A DNA stretch of 63,942 bases, counting the filler, from Phoronis australis (lineage: Eukaryota; Animalia; Phoronida), in assembly GCA_002633005.1 (NCBI GenBank). It is 4 parts of 4 records of this genome, joined end to end, with 100 filler letters (N's around TTAATTAATTAA, not from the genome) between each part and the next. Parts side by side here need not be neighbours in the genome. Positions count along the whole stretch, not along the records: positions 1 to 21,135 come from NMRA01000652.1; 3 more parts are not named here. One strand, written 5' to 3'. A program made the position numbers and the translations under genes. A model generated the notes under the pieces. The model saw nothing but the letters and a program-made list of their open reading frames with translations. It was not told where the DNA came from and ran no database searches. Positions 1 to 13,599 of this stretch are shown piece after piece; positions within the stretch are counted from its first letter, which is position 1, and every line of letters begins with the position of its first letter.

Positions 1-3000
1 CTCCACTGGCATCCACTGGCCTGCACTGGCCTGCTCTGGCCTCTTCTGGCCTCCACAGCCATCCACAGGCTTTCACTGGCCTGCACGGGCCTTAACAGGC
101 CTCCACTGGACTCCACTGCCCTCCACTAGCCTCCACTGCCCTCCGCTGCCTCCACTGGCCTCCACTGGCTTCCACTATCTTCCACTGGCCTCCACTGGCC
201 TCTATTGGCCTCTACTGGCCTCCATTGAGTTCCAGTGTCCTCCACTGGCCTCCACTGGCTTCCACCGGCCTCCACTTTCCTCCACTGGTCTCCACTGGAG
301 TTCATTTTCCTCCACTGGCCTCCATTGGCCTCCACTAGCCTCCACTGGCCTCCACTGGCCTGCCATTGGCCGGCACTAGCTTTCACTGCCTTCCACTGGC
401 CTCCACTGCCCACACTGGCCTCCACTGAACTCCACTTTCCGCACCTGGCATGAATTGGCCTGCACTGACCTGCTCTGGCCCCACTGGCCTCCACAGGCCT
501 CCACTGCCATTCACTCCCTCTAGTGGCCTCCACTGGATTCCACAGGCGTCCACTGGCCTTCACTGGCCCCACGTGGCCTCCTCTGGCCTCCACTGGCCTC
601 CAGTGCCCTCCACAGTCATCCACTGGCCTCCACTGGCCTCCAATTGGCCTGCACTGGCCTGCTCTGGCCTCCACAGCCCTCCACAAGCCTCCACTGGACT
701 CCAAGTGCCTCCAATGGCCTCCACTGGACACCACTGGCCTCCAAAGGACTCTACAGGCCTCCACTTGCATCCACTGGCCTCCTCTGGCCTACCCTGGCTC
801 CACTGGCCTCCACTTGCACCACTGGCCTCCACTGCGCTCCACGGGGCTCCACTGGTCTCCACTGTCCTCCACTGGACTCCACTGGCCTCCAGTGCCCTCG
901 ACTGGCCGCCATTGGCCTCCACTAGCCTCCACTGGCCAACACTGGCGTCCACTGGCTTCCACTGGCTTCCACTGGCCTCCACTGCCCCCACTGGCCTCCA
1001 CTGGCCTCCACTTTCCGCACCTGGCATGCATTGGCCTGCACTGACCTGATCTGGCCCCACTGGCCTCCACTCGCCTCCAATGGCCTAAACTGGCCTCCAC
1101 AGGCCTCTACTGGCATCCACTCGCCTCTAGTGGCCTCCACTGGACTCCACAGGCGTCCACTGGCCTCCACTGGCCCCACGTGGCCTCCGCTGGCCTCCAC
1201 TGGCCTCCTGTGCCTTCCACAGTCAACCACTGGCCTCCATTGCTGTCCACTGGCTTCCATTGGTCTCTACTACCCTGTACTGGACTCCACAGGCCTGCTC
1301 TGGCCTGCTCTGGCATCCTCTGGCTTCAGCTGGCTTCCACTGGCCTCCACTGGCCTCCACTGGCCTCCACTTTCAGCACCTGGCATGCATTGGCCTGCAC
1401 TGACCTGCTCTGGCCCCCACTGGACTCCAATCGCCTCCACTGGCCTCCACTGCCCTCCACTGGCATCCACTCGCCTCCACTAGCTTCCACAGGCACCACA
1501 TGGCCTCCTCTGGCCTCCACTGGCCTCCATTGGGCTCGACTGGCTTCCATTTGTCTCTACTACCCTGCACTGGACTGCACTGGCCTGCTCTGGCCTCCTC
1601 TGGCCACCACTGGCCTCCACCGGCTTCCACTGGACTCATCTGGCCTCCACTAGCCCCAACTGGCATCCGCTGGCCTTCGCTGGCCTACGCTGGCCCCCGC
1701 TTGGCTCCTCTTGCCTCCACTGGCCTCCTCTGGCTTTCGCTGGCCTCCACTGACATCCAATGGCCTCTACTGGCCTCCACTGGCCTCTACTGGCCTCCAC
1801 TGGCCTCCACATACCTCCAATGGCCTCCTCTGGCTTTCGCTGGCCTCCACTATCATCCCCTGGCCTCCCCTAGCATCCACTAGACTCCATTGGCCTCCAC
1901 TGGCCTCCATAGGCCTCCACGGGCCTCCACTGGCCTGCACTGGCCTCCATTGGTCTCCACTGGCTTTCACTGGACTCCGCTGACCTCCACTGGCCTCCAA
2001 TGTCCTCCACTGCCCTCCACTGGCATCCAGTGGCCTCCACTGGCCTCCACTGACCTCCGCTGGCCTCCACTGGCCTTCACTGGCCCACACAGGCCTCCAA
2101 TGGCCTCAAGTGGCCTCCATTGTACACCACTGGCCTCCACTGGCCTCCAAAGGCCCCAACTGGTCTCCGCTGGCCTCCGGTAGCATCCACTGGCCTCCAA
2201 AGGCCTCTACTGTTCTCCACTGGCTTCCACTGGTCTCCATTGGCCTCCACTGGTTTCCACTGGTTTCTCCCTGCCTCCACTTATCTCTACTGGGTTTCAT
2301 TGGCCTCCAGTGGCCTCCAATGGCCTCCACTTCCCTCCTCTGGCTTCCACTGGACTCTTCCGGCCTCCACTGACCTCCACTGACCTCCACTGGCCTCCGC
2401 TGTTTTCCACTGGCTTCCAATGATCTCTACTGGCCTAAACTGGCCGCCACTGGCCTCCTCTGGCCGCCACTGGAATCATCTGGTATCCACTATTCTCCAC
2501 TGACCTCCACTGTCCTCCGATGGGCTCCACTGTACTCCACTGGCATCCACTGGTCTCGAATGGCCTCCTCTGGCTCCCACTGGCCTCCCCTGGCCAGCAA
2601 TGGCCACCACTGGCCTCCTGTGTATCCACTGGCCTCCACTGACCTCCGCTGGTCTCCACTGTTTTCCACTGACCTCCTCTGGCCTAAAGTGACATCCACT
2701 AGCCTTTAATGGCCTCCGGTGGTTGCCAGTGGCTCCAATGGAACCCACTGGTCTCCATAGACCTCCAGTGTTCTAAAGTGGCCTTCAGTAGCCTACAGTT
2801 GCCCTCAGTGGCCTAGAGTGGCTCCATTGGCTTCCATTGGCCTCCAGTGGACCACAGTGGCGTCTAATCACCTCACCTGGCCTGCGGTGGCCACCTCTGG
2901 CTTCCAGTGACGCCCAGGGTGCTCCAGAGGCCTCCAGTGGTCAACACTATGGTTCAGTGGCCTCCAGTGGGCTTCAGTGTGCTTCCTCTGGTCTTCAGTG

Positions 3001-6000
3001 GTCTCCACTGACCGCCAATGGTAGTAATCTTTCTTGTCCTTTACTGGTCTCCAGTCGCCTCCATTTGGCTACATTGGCCTCCTGTGGCTTCCAACGACAC
3101 AGAGTGGCCTCCAGGGGCTTCCAATAGCTGCAATGGCAACCACTGGTATCCAGTGACCTCCAGTGGCCTCCAGTGGCCTCTCGTGCCATCCAGTGGCCTC
3201 CAGTGACCTCCAGTGGCCTGCCGTGGCCTCCACAAATCTCCAGTAGCGTTGTTTGGCCTTCAGTGGTCTCCAGTGGCCTTCATTGTGCTCCATTGGCCTC
3301 CAATGACTTGAAATCGCCTAGAGTGGCCTCCGGGGGCCTCCAGTGTCCTACACTGGTCCACTGGCATTCACTGGCCTCCTCTGAGCTGCACTGGCCTCCA
3401 GTGGCCTCAACTGGCCTCCACTGGAATCAACTCTGTCGTCACCTGTCCTCCACTGGCCTCCACTGGCCCCCAATGGCCAACAGGGTTCTCCAATGTCATC
3501 CACTTAACTTAAAATTCCTATACTGGCATCACTGGCATGCACTGCCCTCCACTGGCCTCAACTGGAATTCTCTGGCCTCGTTGGTTTTCACTGGGTTTCA
3601 CTGGCCTCCACTGGTATCTTCTGATCTTCACAGGCCTCCGCTGGCCTCCACTACCAGCCAGGTCCTCCAATGGCCTCCACTGAACTCCAATTTCCTTCAC
3701 AGGCATCCACTGGCGTCCACTGTCCTGCACTGACCTCAACTGGACTTCACTGGCCTCGTTGGTCTCCACTGGTATTCACTGCCCTCCATTGGCCTCCACT
3801 GGTCTAGACTGGCCTCCTCTGGCGTCCACTGGCCTCCATGACCTCCAGTGGTCTCAGCTGGGTTCCATTGGTCTCTACTGAACCCCACTGGCCTCCACTG
3901 GGCTCCACTGGAATCCACAGGCCTCCATCGTCATCCACTGGCCTCCACTGTCCTCTGCTGGGCTCCACTGCTCTCCACTGGCATCCACTGGTCTCGAATG
4001 GCCTCCACTGGCTCCCACTGGCTTCCCCTGGCCAGCAATGGCCACCACTGGCCTCCTGTGAATCCACTGGCCTCCACTGACCTCCGCTGGTCTCCACTGT
4101 TTTCCACTGACCTCCTCTGGCCTAAAGTGACATCCACTAGCCTTTAATGGCCTCCGGTGGTTTCCAGTGTCCCCAATGGAACCTACTGATTTCCATAGAC
4201 CTCCAGTGTTCTAAAGTGGCCTTCAGTAGCCTACAGATGCCCTCACTGGCCTAGGGTGGCTCCATTGGTCTCCACTGGGCTCCATTGGTCTCTACTGTTC
4301 CCACTGGCCTCCACTGGGCTACACTGGCCCCCATCGTCATCCACTGGCCTCCACTGACCTCCACTGGTCTCCACTTTCTTCCACTGACCTCCTCTGGCCT
4401 CCAGTGACATCCACTAGCCTTTAGTATCAGCGGTTTCCAGTGGCTCCACTGGAATCCACTGGTCTCCATAGACCTCCGGTGCTCTAAAGTGGCCTCCACT
4501 TGCTTTCAGTGGCCTCCAGTGACCCTCAGTGGCCTCCAGTGGACCCCAGTGGCCTCTAAAAACATCATCTGGCCTCCAGTGGCCACCTCTGGCTTCCAGT
4601 GGCGCCCAGGGTTCTCCACTGGCCTCCAGTGGTTAAGACTAGGGTTCGGTGGCCTCCAGTTGGCTTCAGTGTGCTTCCTCTGGTCTTCAGTGGTCTCCAC
4701 TGGACGCCAATGGTAGTATTCTTCCTTGGCCTTTACTGGTCTCCAGTGGCCTCCATTTGGCTACATTGTCCTCCTGTGGCTTCCAACGACATAGAGTGGC
4801 CTCCAGGCGCTTCCAATAGCCGCAATGGCAACCACTGGTATCCAGTGGCCTCCAGTGGCCTCTCGTGCCATCCAGTGGCCTCCAGTGACCTCCAGTGGCC
4901 TGCCGTGGCCTCCACAAATCTCCCGTAGCATTGTTTGGCCTTCAGTGGTCTCCAGTGTCCTCCATTGTGCTCCATTGGCCTCCAATGACTTACAATCGCC
5001 TAGAGTGGCCTCCAGGGGCATCCAATGGCCTCCTGTGGCTTCCCGTAGCCGCCAGAGGCCTCCAATAGGATACACTGGCCTTCATTGACCTCCAGTGTTC
5101 CCAGTTGCCTTAATTTACCTCAACCTGCCTCCAGTGTTCTCCAGTGTCTTCCAGTGGCTTCCATTGGCTTCCAGTGGCATCCACTGACCTCCAGTGGCAT
5201 CCACTGGTCTCCAGATGCATCCACTGGCGTCCAGTGGCCTCCAGGGGCCACCAGTGACCTCGAGTGGCCTGCTTTGACTCAAGTGGTTTCAGTGACCTAA
5301 AATGGACTCCACTTACTTCCATTGACCTGCAGTCAACTCCACTGGACACCAGCGTCTTCCACTGCCTTCCAGGGGTCTCCACTGTCCGCCACTGGTCTCC
5401 ACTGGGTTCCAGTGTCCTCCAGTGGCATACACTGGAATCCACTGCCCTCCAGTGGCCTGTACAGTCCTCCACAGGCCTCCGGTGTACTTTTTTGGCGTTC
5501 ACTCTTCTCCAGTGCCTCCATTGGGCTCTACTGGCCTCCAGTGGCTTTCAATCGCCAAGAGTGGCATCCAGGGGCCTCCAAAAGCTTCCATGGACTCCAG
5601 TACCAACGACTGGTCTCCAGAGGCATTCACTAACGTCCAGTGACCTCCAGTGGCCGCCAGTTGCATCCAGTTGCCTGCATAGACTCCAATGGTTCCAGTG
5701 ACCTAAAATGGCCTCCACTTACCTCCAGTGACCTCAAGTCAACTACACTGGACACCAGAGTCTTTCACTGCCTTCCAGTGGCCTCCACTGTCCGCCACTG
5801 GTCTCCACTGTGCTTCAGTTTCCTCCAATGACCTCCAGTGGCCTCTACTGGAGTCCAATGGTCTCCAGTGGCCTGCACAGGCCTCCAGAGGCCTCCACTG
5901 GCGTCCAACGGCCTCAACTGGCGTCCAACGGCCTCCACTGAAATTCCGTGACCTCCGATTACCTCCAGTGGAATTGTCTGGCCTCCAGGGGCCTCCACCT

Positions 6001-9000
6001 GCCTCCAGTGGCCCCCAGTGTCCTCAACTTGCCTCTAGTGGCCTCCACTTGCTTCCAGTAGTTTCTTAACAGTAATATATATATATATATTTAATGAAGG
6101 ATACACAGAACATACAAAGAATTAATAACAAGCCCAGAAACCGCGAAGCGTTATATCTGGGTTGTAAACAATTCATAAATGAAACTTATATACATAGAGG
6201 TATATACAATTAAGTAGTATCTAAAATAAGTATTCCAATACTTAGATATGATATTACAGATATATAAAAACAAAATATGTACAGATTCATGTAGGGATGC
6301 AACAATATATTGATAAGCGGTAGATAAAAATTTGCTAACGTTGCTTAGGAGGAATTCGTTGAAAAAGAAGTCAAGGTTAGGACTACCAGTAGCTTCTACT
6401 GGCCTCGAGTGGCCTTCAGTGTCCTCCACTGGCCTCGAGTGCCTTCTAGTGGTCTCATCAGGCCTCCAGTGGCCACCACTGGCCTCCAAGGTCCTCCAGT
6501 GGCCTCCATTAGCCTAAAGTGGCCTCCACTGGAATCCACGGGAATCCAGTGGCGTACATTGGTCTTCAAAGACATCCACTGGCCTCCATTGGTCAAAACT
6601 GGCCTTCAGTGGCCTAGAATTGCTTCCAGTGGCCTCTACTGGCCTCCAGTGGCCTCCAGTGGCCTCCCGTGGCCTTCACAGGCCTCTAATTATCCTTTCT
6701 TGGCCTTCACTTGTCTCCAGTGTAATCCTTTGGCCTCCAGTACCTTTCAATCGCCTAGAGTGACCTCCAGGGGCCTCAGTGGCCTCCACTGGCCTCCATT
6801 GGCATCCACTGGCCTTCAGTGGCATCCAATTGCTTCCAGTGGCCTCTACTTGCCTCCAGTGGCCTCTTCTGGCCTCCAGTAGCCTCCAGTGGCCTCTCAT
6901 GGCCTGCACAGTTATCTAGTATCCTTTCTAGGCCTTCACTGGTCTGCAGTGTCCTCCATTGGTCTCCAGTAGCTTTCAATCGCCTAGAGTGGCCTCCAGG
7001 GGCCTCAGTGGCCTCCACTGGCTTCCAGTGGCCTCCACTGGCCTCCAGTGGCATCCACTGGCCTCCAGTGGCTCCAATGCTATTCACTGGCCTTCATTGA
7101 CCTCCAGTGGTCCCCAGTTGCCAAAAGTGGCCTCCACCTGCCTCCAGTGGCCTCCAATGTATTCCAGAGGCTAACACAGACCTCCAGTGGCATCCACTGG
7201 CCTCCAGTGGCAACTACTGGCCTCAGTGCCCTCCATTTACCGCCAGTGGCCTGCCTTTTTCCGGTGGTTCAAGTGACCTAATGTGACCTCCACTGACATC
7301 CAGTGACCTCCAGTCAACTCCACTGGATACCAGCGACTTCCACTGGCTTCCAGTCGTCTCCACTGTCCGCCACTGGTGTCCACTGGGCTACAGTGTCTTC
7401 GACTGGCCTCCAATGACCACCACTGGACTTCAGTGAACTCCAGTGTCCTCCAGTGGAATTGTCTGGCCTCCAATGGCCTCCAGTGACTTCCAAGGTTTTC
7501 CAGGGGCCTGTAGTGGCCTACATTAGCGTCAAGTGGTATCCTCTGTAATCCACTAGACTCCAGTGGCCTACACTCGCCTCCAGAGACCCCCACTGGCATC
7601 CATTGGTCACCAATGGCCTTCAGTATCCTCAAATTGCCTCAACTGGCCTCCAATTACTTCCAGTGGGCTCTACTGGCCTCCAGGGGCCTCTTTTGACATC
7701 CAATAGCCTCCAGTGGCCTCCAGTGGCCTCTCGTGGCCTTCACTGCTCTCCAGTGTCCTCCTTGGGCTCCATTACAGGACAGTGCCTTTCAATCGCCTAG
7801 AGTGGCCTCCACTGGCCTCCAGTGGCATCCACTGACCTTCAGAGGCTCCTGGTGGCCGCCAGTGACATCCAGTGGTTCCAATGCTATCCATTGGCCTTCA
7901 TTGACCTCCAGTGGTCCCCAGTTGGCTAAAGTGGCCTCCACGTGCCTCCAGTGTATTCCAGTGGCTAACACTGTCCCCCAATGGCATCCACCGGACTCCA
8001 GTGGCAACTACTGGCCTCCAGTGGCCTCCTTTACCGCCAGTGGCCTCTAGTGGCCTGCATTGATTCAGGTGGTTCAAGTGACCTAAAATGGCCTACACTG
8101 ACCTCCAGTGACCACCAGTTAATTCCACTGGACACCAGCATCTTCCACTGACTTCCAGGTGCCTCCACTGTTCCCCACTTGTGTCCACTGGGCTTCAGTG
8201 TCCTCGAATGGCCTCCAATGGCCACCACTGGACTTCAGTGAACTCCAATGTCCTCCAGTAGAATCGTCTGACCTCCAGTGGCCTCCTGTTGCCTCCAATG
8301 GCCCTCAGTGTCCTCAACTGGCCTCCAGAGTCTTATACTTGCTTCCAATGGCTTTTACTGGCCTCCAGTGGCCTAAAGTGGCCTCCATTAGACTCAAGTG
8401 GCCTCCTATGGCGTCAACTGGCCTCCAGTTACCTCGGCTTGCTTCCAGTGGCCTCTACGGGCCTCCAGAGGGCGTATCTGGCTCTCAGTAGCCTCCACTG
8501 GCCGCCAGTGCTCTCCTCTGGTATCTAGTGGCCTCCAGTGGTCTCCAGGTGCTTCCCGTGGTCTCCGTGTCCTCCAGTAGCCTCCAGTGGTCTCTGTTGT
8601 CCTCCAGTAGCCTTTCTTTGCCTCCACTGCTCTCCAGTGCCTCCATTTAGGCTCCATTGGCTTCCAGTGGCTTGCAATGACCTAGAGTGGTCTCCAGCGG
8701 CCTCCTGTTGCCACCAATGGCTCTCACCGGTATTTAGTGGCCTCCACTGGCCCTGAGTGGCCTCCAGTGGCCCTCAGTGACCTCCAGCCGCTCCATTGGA
8801 ATCCGCTGGCCTCCAGTGAACTCCAGTGTTCTTCAGTGGCTTCCAATGGCCTCCAGTGGCACTCACTGGCCTGCAGTGGCCGCCAGTCCCCTCCAGTGAC
8901 CTGCATTGCCTCCAGTGGTTCAAGTGACATAAAGTGGCCTCCACTGGCCTACAATGGCCAACTCTGTCCTCCAGTGGCCTTCAAGGGTCCCCAGTGGCAT

Positions 9001-12000
9001 CATCTGGCCTCCAGTGGCCTCGACTTACCTATAGTGGCCACCAGTGGCCCCCACTGACGTCCGCCGGCGTAAACCGGCACCCACTGGCCTTCACCGGCGT
9101 CCACTGGCCTCCAGCTGCCTCACGAGGACCCCACTGGCCTCCACTGGCGATCACGAAATTCCACTAGACTCCACCGGCCTGCAGTGGCCTCCACCGGCCT
9201 CCATCTGCGTCCACAGGCCTCCTCTGGTCTCTACTTGCATCCACTGGCCTCCTCTGGCCACCACTGGCATCCACTGGCGTCGCTGATATCCACTGGCTTT
9301 GAGTGGCTACCACTGGCCCCGATTTGCCTCCAGTGGCCTCCAGTGTCTCCAATTTCCTCCAGTGGCATCCACTGGCCTCCAGTGGTCTCCAGTTGCCGCC
9401 AGTTGTACCAGGGTCCTCCAGTGTACGCCAGTAGTTCCACCGGCCTCCAGCGGTCTTCATCGGCATCCACCACCCTCCATCGGCCTCCAACGGCCTCCAC
9501 TGGCATCCGCTGGCCTCCACTGGGCCTTCTCTGGCCTCCACTGGTATTCACTGGCCTGCTCTGGCCCCCCACTGGCATCCACTGGCGTCGTTGATCTGCA
9601 ATGGTTTCAGTGGCCTCAAATGGCCTCCATTGGCCAACACTAGCTTGCACTGGCCTGCACTGACTTCCAGTGGCTTCCCCAGCCTTAACTGGCCTCCACC
9701 GGACTCACCTGGATTCCACGGGTGTCCACTGGATTCCACTGGTCTCCTATGGGCTCCACTGGCATCCACAGGCCTCCATTTAGCTCAACGTGCGTCCACG
9801 GGCTTCCAAGAGTCTGCAGGAGCCTTCACTGGCCTCGACTGGACTCCACTAGACTCAACCGTTCTCCACCGGCGTCCACCGTTCTCTACTGGCATCCACC
9901 GGCATCCACCGGCTACCACCGGCCTCCACCGGCCTCCACCAGACTAAACCGGCCTCCACCGGCAGCCAGTTCCCTTCACTGCCTTCCACTTGTCTTCTCT
10001 GGCCTAAACTGGCCTCAGCTGGCATACTATGGGCTCCACTGTTTTCCATTGACCTCCACTGGCCTCCCCTGTACTCCACAGGTCTCCACTGGGCTCGACT
10101 GGAACCCACTAAACCCCATTGACCTCAGTGTGCCTCCACGACCGCGACGGGTCTCCAGGGTCCTCCACTTGCCTCCACTGGCGTCCACCGGCCCTCACCC
10201 GCCTCCACCTACCTAAACTGGCCTCCACTGTACTCCAGTGGCCTCCAGTGGCCTCCTCTGGCCTCCACTGGCATCCACTGGCACCCACTGGCCTCATCGG
10301 TCCTCCAACAAATCTCACTGGCCTCCTTGATCTTCACTGTCCTTCAGTGGCTTCACTGGCCTCCACTGCCCTCCACTGACCTTAATTGGCCTCCATTGGA
10401 CTCCACTGGCGGCCACTGGCGTCCACTGGCTTTCATTGGCCTCCCCTGGCCTCAAGTGGCCCGCTCTGGCCACCAAAGGTCTCCACTGGCTTCCGCTGGC
10501 CTCAACCGGCCTTCCCTGGATTCCGCTGGTGTCTGGCGACCTCCGCCGGCCTCCACCGGCGTCCACCGGCCTCTGCCCGCCTCCACTGGCCTCCAATGAA
10601 CTCCTTTGGCCATCACTGGCATTCAATGGCATCCACTAACCTCCTCCTTCCTTCCTCCACTGGAATTCTCTGGCCTCCATGGGCCACCACTGGCTTCCAC
10701 CGGCCTCCACCGGCCTCCATAAGTCTCCATTGGCATCCCTTGGCCTCCACTAGCCTCCAGAGGTCTCTACTGACAACCACTGCACTCCACAGACCTCCAA
10801 TGGCCTCCACTCGACTCCACTTAACTCCAAGGGCCTTCAGGGGCCTCCAGTGGTCTCCTATGGCCACCATTCGCCTCCATTAGCCTCTTTTGACCTCCAT
10901 GTCCTTCACCTACCTCCAAGGGCTTTCACGGAATTCAACGAGCCTCTACTATACCCCACGGTCCCCCTTTGCCAGCAACTACCCTCCACTGTCTACAAAT
11001 GTACTTCCCTCCAATGGCCTTCACTGGCCTCAAATGGAATCCACTGGCCTCCACCGGCCTTCACCGGCATAAGCCGGCTTCCACCGGCCTCCACCGTTCT
11101 CCACTGGCCACTACTGGCCTCCAGAGGTCGCTGCTGACAACCACTGCCTTCACTGGCCTCCACTGGCCTCCACTGGTCTCCACTGGCCTCCACTGGCCTT
11201 CACAGGCCTCCACTGGCCTCCTTTGAACTCCACTGGTCTCCAATGGCCTCCACTGACCTACATGGCCTCCTCTTACCTCCAAAGGCCTTCACGGGCCTAA
11301 ACGGGCCTCCACTTGCCTGCACTGGCTTCCACTGGCCGCCATTGGACTCCAATAGCCTCCACTTGACTCCAAGGGCCTTCACCGGGCCTCCACTGGCCAT
11401 CACCCGTCTTCTATGGCCTCCACTGGCCTCCACTGTCCTCCATGGCCTCCACCTACCTCCAAGTGCTTTCACGGGATTCCACGGGCCTCTACGGTACTCC
11501 ACGGTAGTCCAGTGTAATCCAGTGTCCTCCACTGGCAGCTACTACCCTCCACTGGCCTCTATTTGCCTCCACTGGCCTTCACTGGACTCCATCAGAATCT
11601 TCTAGCCTCCAATGGCCTCCACCAGCCTCCATCGGCATAAACCGGCCTCCACCGGCCTCCACCGTTCTCCACTGGCCTAAACTGGCCTTCACTGGATTCT
11701 ACTAGCCTCCACTGGCCTCTGCTGGCCTCCACTATACTCCACTGGCCTCCTCTGGCTTCCATAGCCCATATCTGTCCTCCAATGGCATAAGCTGTCCTCG
11801 ACTGGCCTCTACGGAACTCCACTGGCCTCCATTCACGTCCATGGCCTCCACTTATATCCACGGGCATTCGCGGGCCTTCACGGACCGCCACGGGAATCCA
11901 CTGTATTCAACTGGTCCCCCAGTGACCTCAACTGACCTCCAGGGCCTCCTCTTACCTCCAAAGGCCTTCACGGGCCTCCACTGGCTTCCACTGGCGGCCT

Positions 12001-13350
12001 TTGGACTCCACTAGCCTCCATGCCCTCTGCTTGTCTCCAAGGGCCTTTACCGGGCCTCCACTGGCCATCACCCGTCTTCTATGGCCTCCACTGGCCTCCA
12101 CTGTCTTCCATGGCCTCCACCTACCTACAAGTGCTTTCACGGGATTCCACGGGCCTCTACGGGACTCCACGGTACTCCACTGTCCTCCACTGGCAGCTAC
12201 TACCCTCCACTGGCTTCTACTTGCCTCCACTGCCCTTCACCGGCCTCCATTGAAATCCTCTGGCCTCCAACGGCCTGAACCAGCCTCCACCAGCATAAAC
12301 CGTCCTCCACCGGCGTCCACCGTTCTGCACTGGCCATTCACTGGATTCTACTAGCCTCCACTGGCCTCTGCTGGCCTCATCTATACTCCACTGGCCTCCA
12401 TGGCCCATATCTGTCCTCCAATGGCATCCGCTGTCCTCGACTGGCCTCCGCGGGCCCCCAGTAACCTCCACTGGCCTCCACTTGCAGCCATATGCATCCA
12501 CTTGCCTTCACCGAATTCCACAGGCCTTTCTGGCATCCACTGACATCCACTGGCCTCCAACGGCCCTCACCGGCCTCCACTTGCCTCCACTGGCCTCCAG
12601 TGGACTCCACTGGCCTCCAGTCGCCTCCGCTTGCTTCCGCGCGTTTTTCTCGCCTCCACTTGCTTCTGCTCGCCTCCGATGGCCTCTACTGCCTCCGGTC
12701 ACCTCCGCTGATCTCTGATGACCCCCTGCTGGCCTCGGCTGCCTTCCTCTGGCCTCTGCTAGACTCTGCTGGCCTGCATCGGCCTCCGACGGCTTCCGCT
12801 GTTCTACGCTGGCGTCCGCTGTCCTAAGCTGAACACCACTGGCCTCGCATGGCCTATTTTCATCTCCACTGGCCTCTGGAGGCCTCTGCTTGCTTTCGCT
12901 CGCCTCCGTTAGCCTCCGTTCGCCTCCGCTCTCCTCCGCTCGCCTCCACTGGTCTCCGCTGACCTCCACTGGACTCCGCTTTTCTCTGCTGGGCTGCGCT
13001 CTCTTCTACTCGCCTCAGCTCGGCTCCGCTGGCGTCCGCTGGCCTGCACTTGCCTCCGCTGGCCTCTGCTCGCTTTTTCTTGCCTCCGTTCGACTCCGCT
13101 GACCTCTGCTGGCATCAGCTGGCCTCCGGTGCCAACTGCCGGACTCCGCTCTATTGTGCTCGCTCGTGCTGGCCTTTGCTTGCCTCTTGTGGCCTACGCC
13201 GGTCTCCGTTGGCCTCCGCTGGTGTCCACTCGCCTCCGCCCCGCCTCTGTTGGCCTCTGCTGTCCTCAACTGGCCTCCGCTGGCCTCCGCTGTCTTCTGC
13301 TCGCTTCTACTCGCCTCCGCATCTCCTGCGCTCGTCTCCGCTAGCTTCCG
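1..13350. repeat. Degenerate 10-bp satellite, consensus CCACTGGCCT, with CCAGTGG, CCACCGG and CCGCTGG variant zones and higher-order duplications; open at the window start
   Basis: Continuous 10-bp periodicity. The consensus has no stop in any frame and gives (PPLASTGLHW)n or (PVEASGGQWR)n, which matches the ORF track. Confidence 0.97.
6067..6382 (-). mobile_element. 5'-truncated LINE 3' tail inserted in the satellite
   Basis: AT-rich island with a (TA)n tail and a candidate 15-bp TSD (CTTCCAGTAGTTTCT 6052-6066, CTACCAGTAGCTTCT 6383-6397). The motif CCCAGAAA..TTATATCTGGGTT is shared with the LINE 3' end at about 18306-18343. Confidence 0.65.
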
Positions 13351-13599
13351 ATTTGTAATTATTCGCCGCGTTGTTATCGTTGAACAGTGTGCACCTGCTT
13401 GATGTCATGCAACAATCATACTTGTCCAGCGGACAAGGTTTGAAATTCCAAGCAACTCAGCCCCTTATGAATCATTGTAAAGTTTTAAAAGTTTTAGAAA
13501 CATTTCGAAATTTCCCATTCATGAAAATTCTAATGCTGGTACCGACTCTCCATAAACACAGAAAATTTTGATATATTTCAATACTGGCCTACCTCAGCG

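Noticed and set aside
126-13402. Dozens of overlapping Trp/Pro/Gly-rich ORFs as a repetitive protein gene
   Set aside because: A stop-free 10-mer gives the same decapeptide in all three frames per strand. Stops and indels are scattered, with no preferred frame or splice structure.
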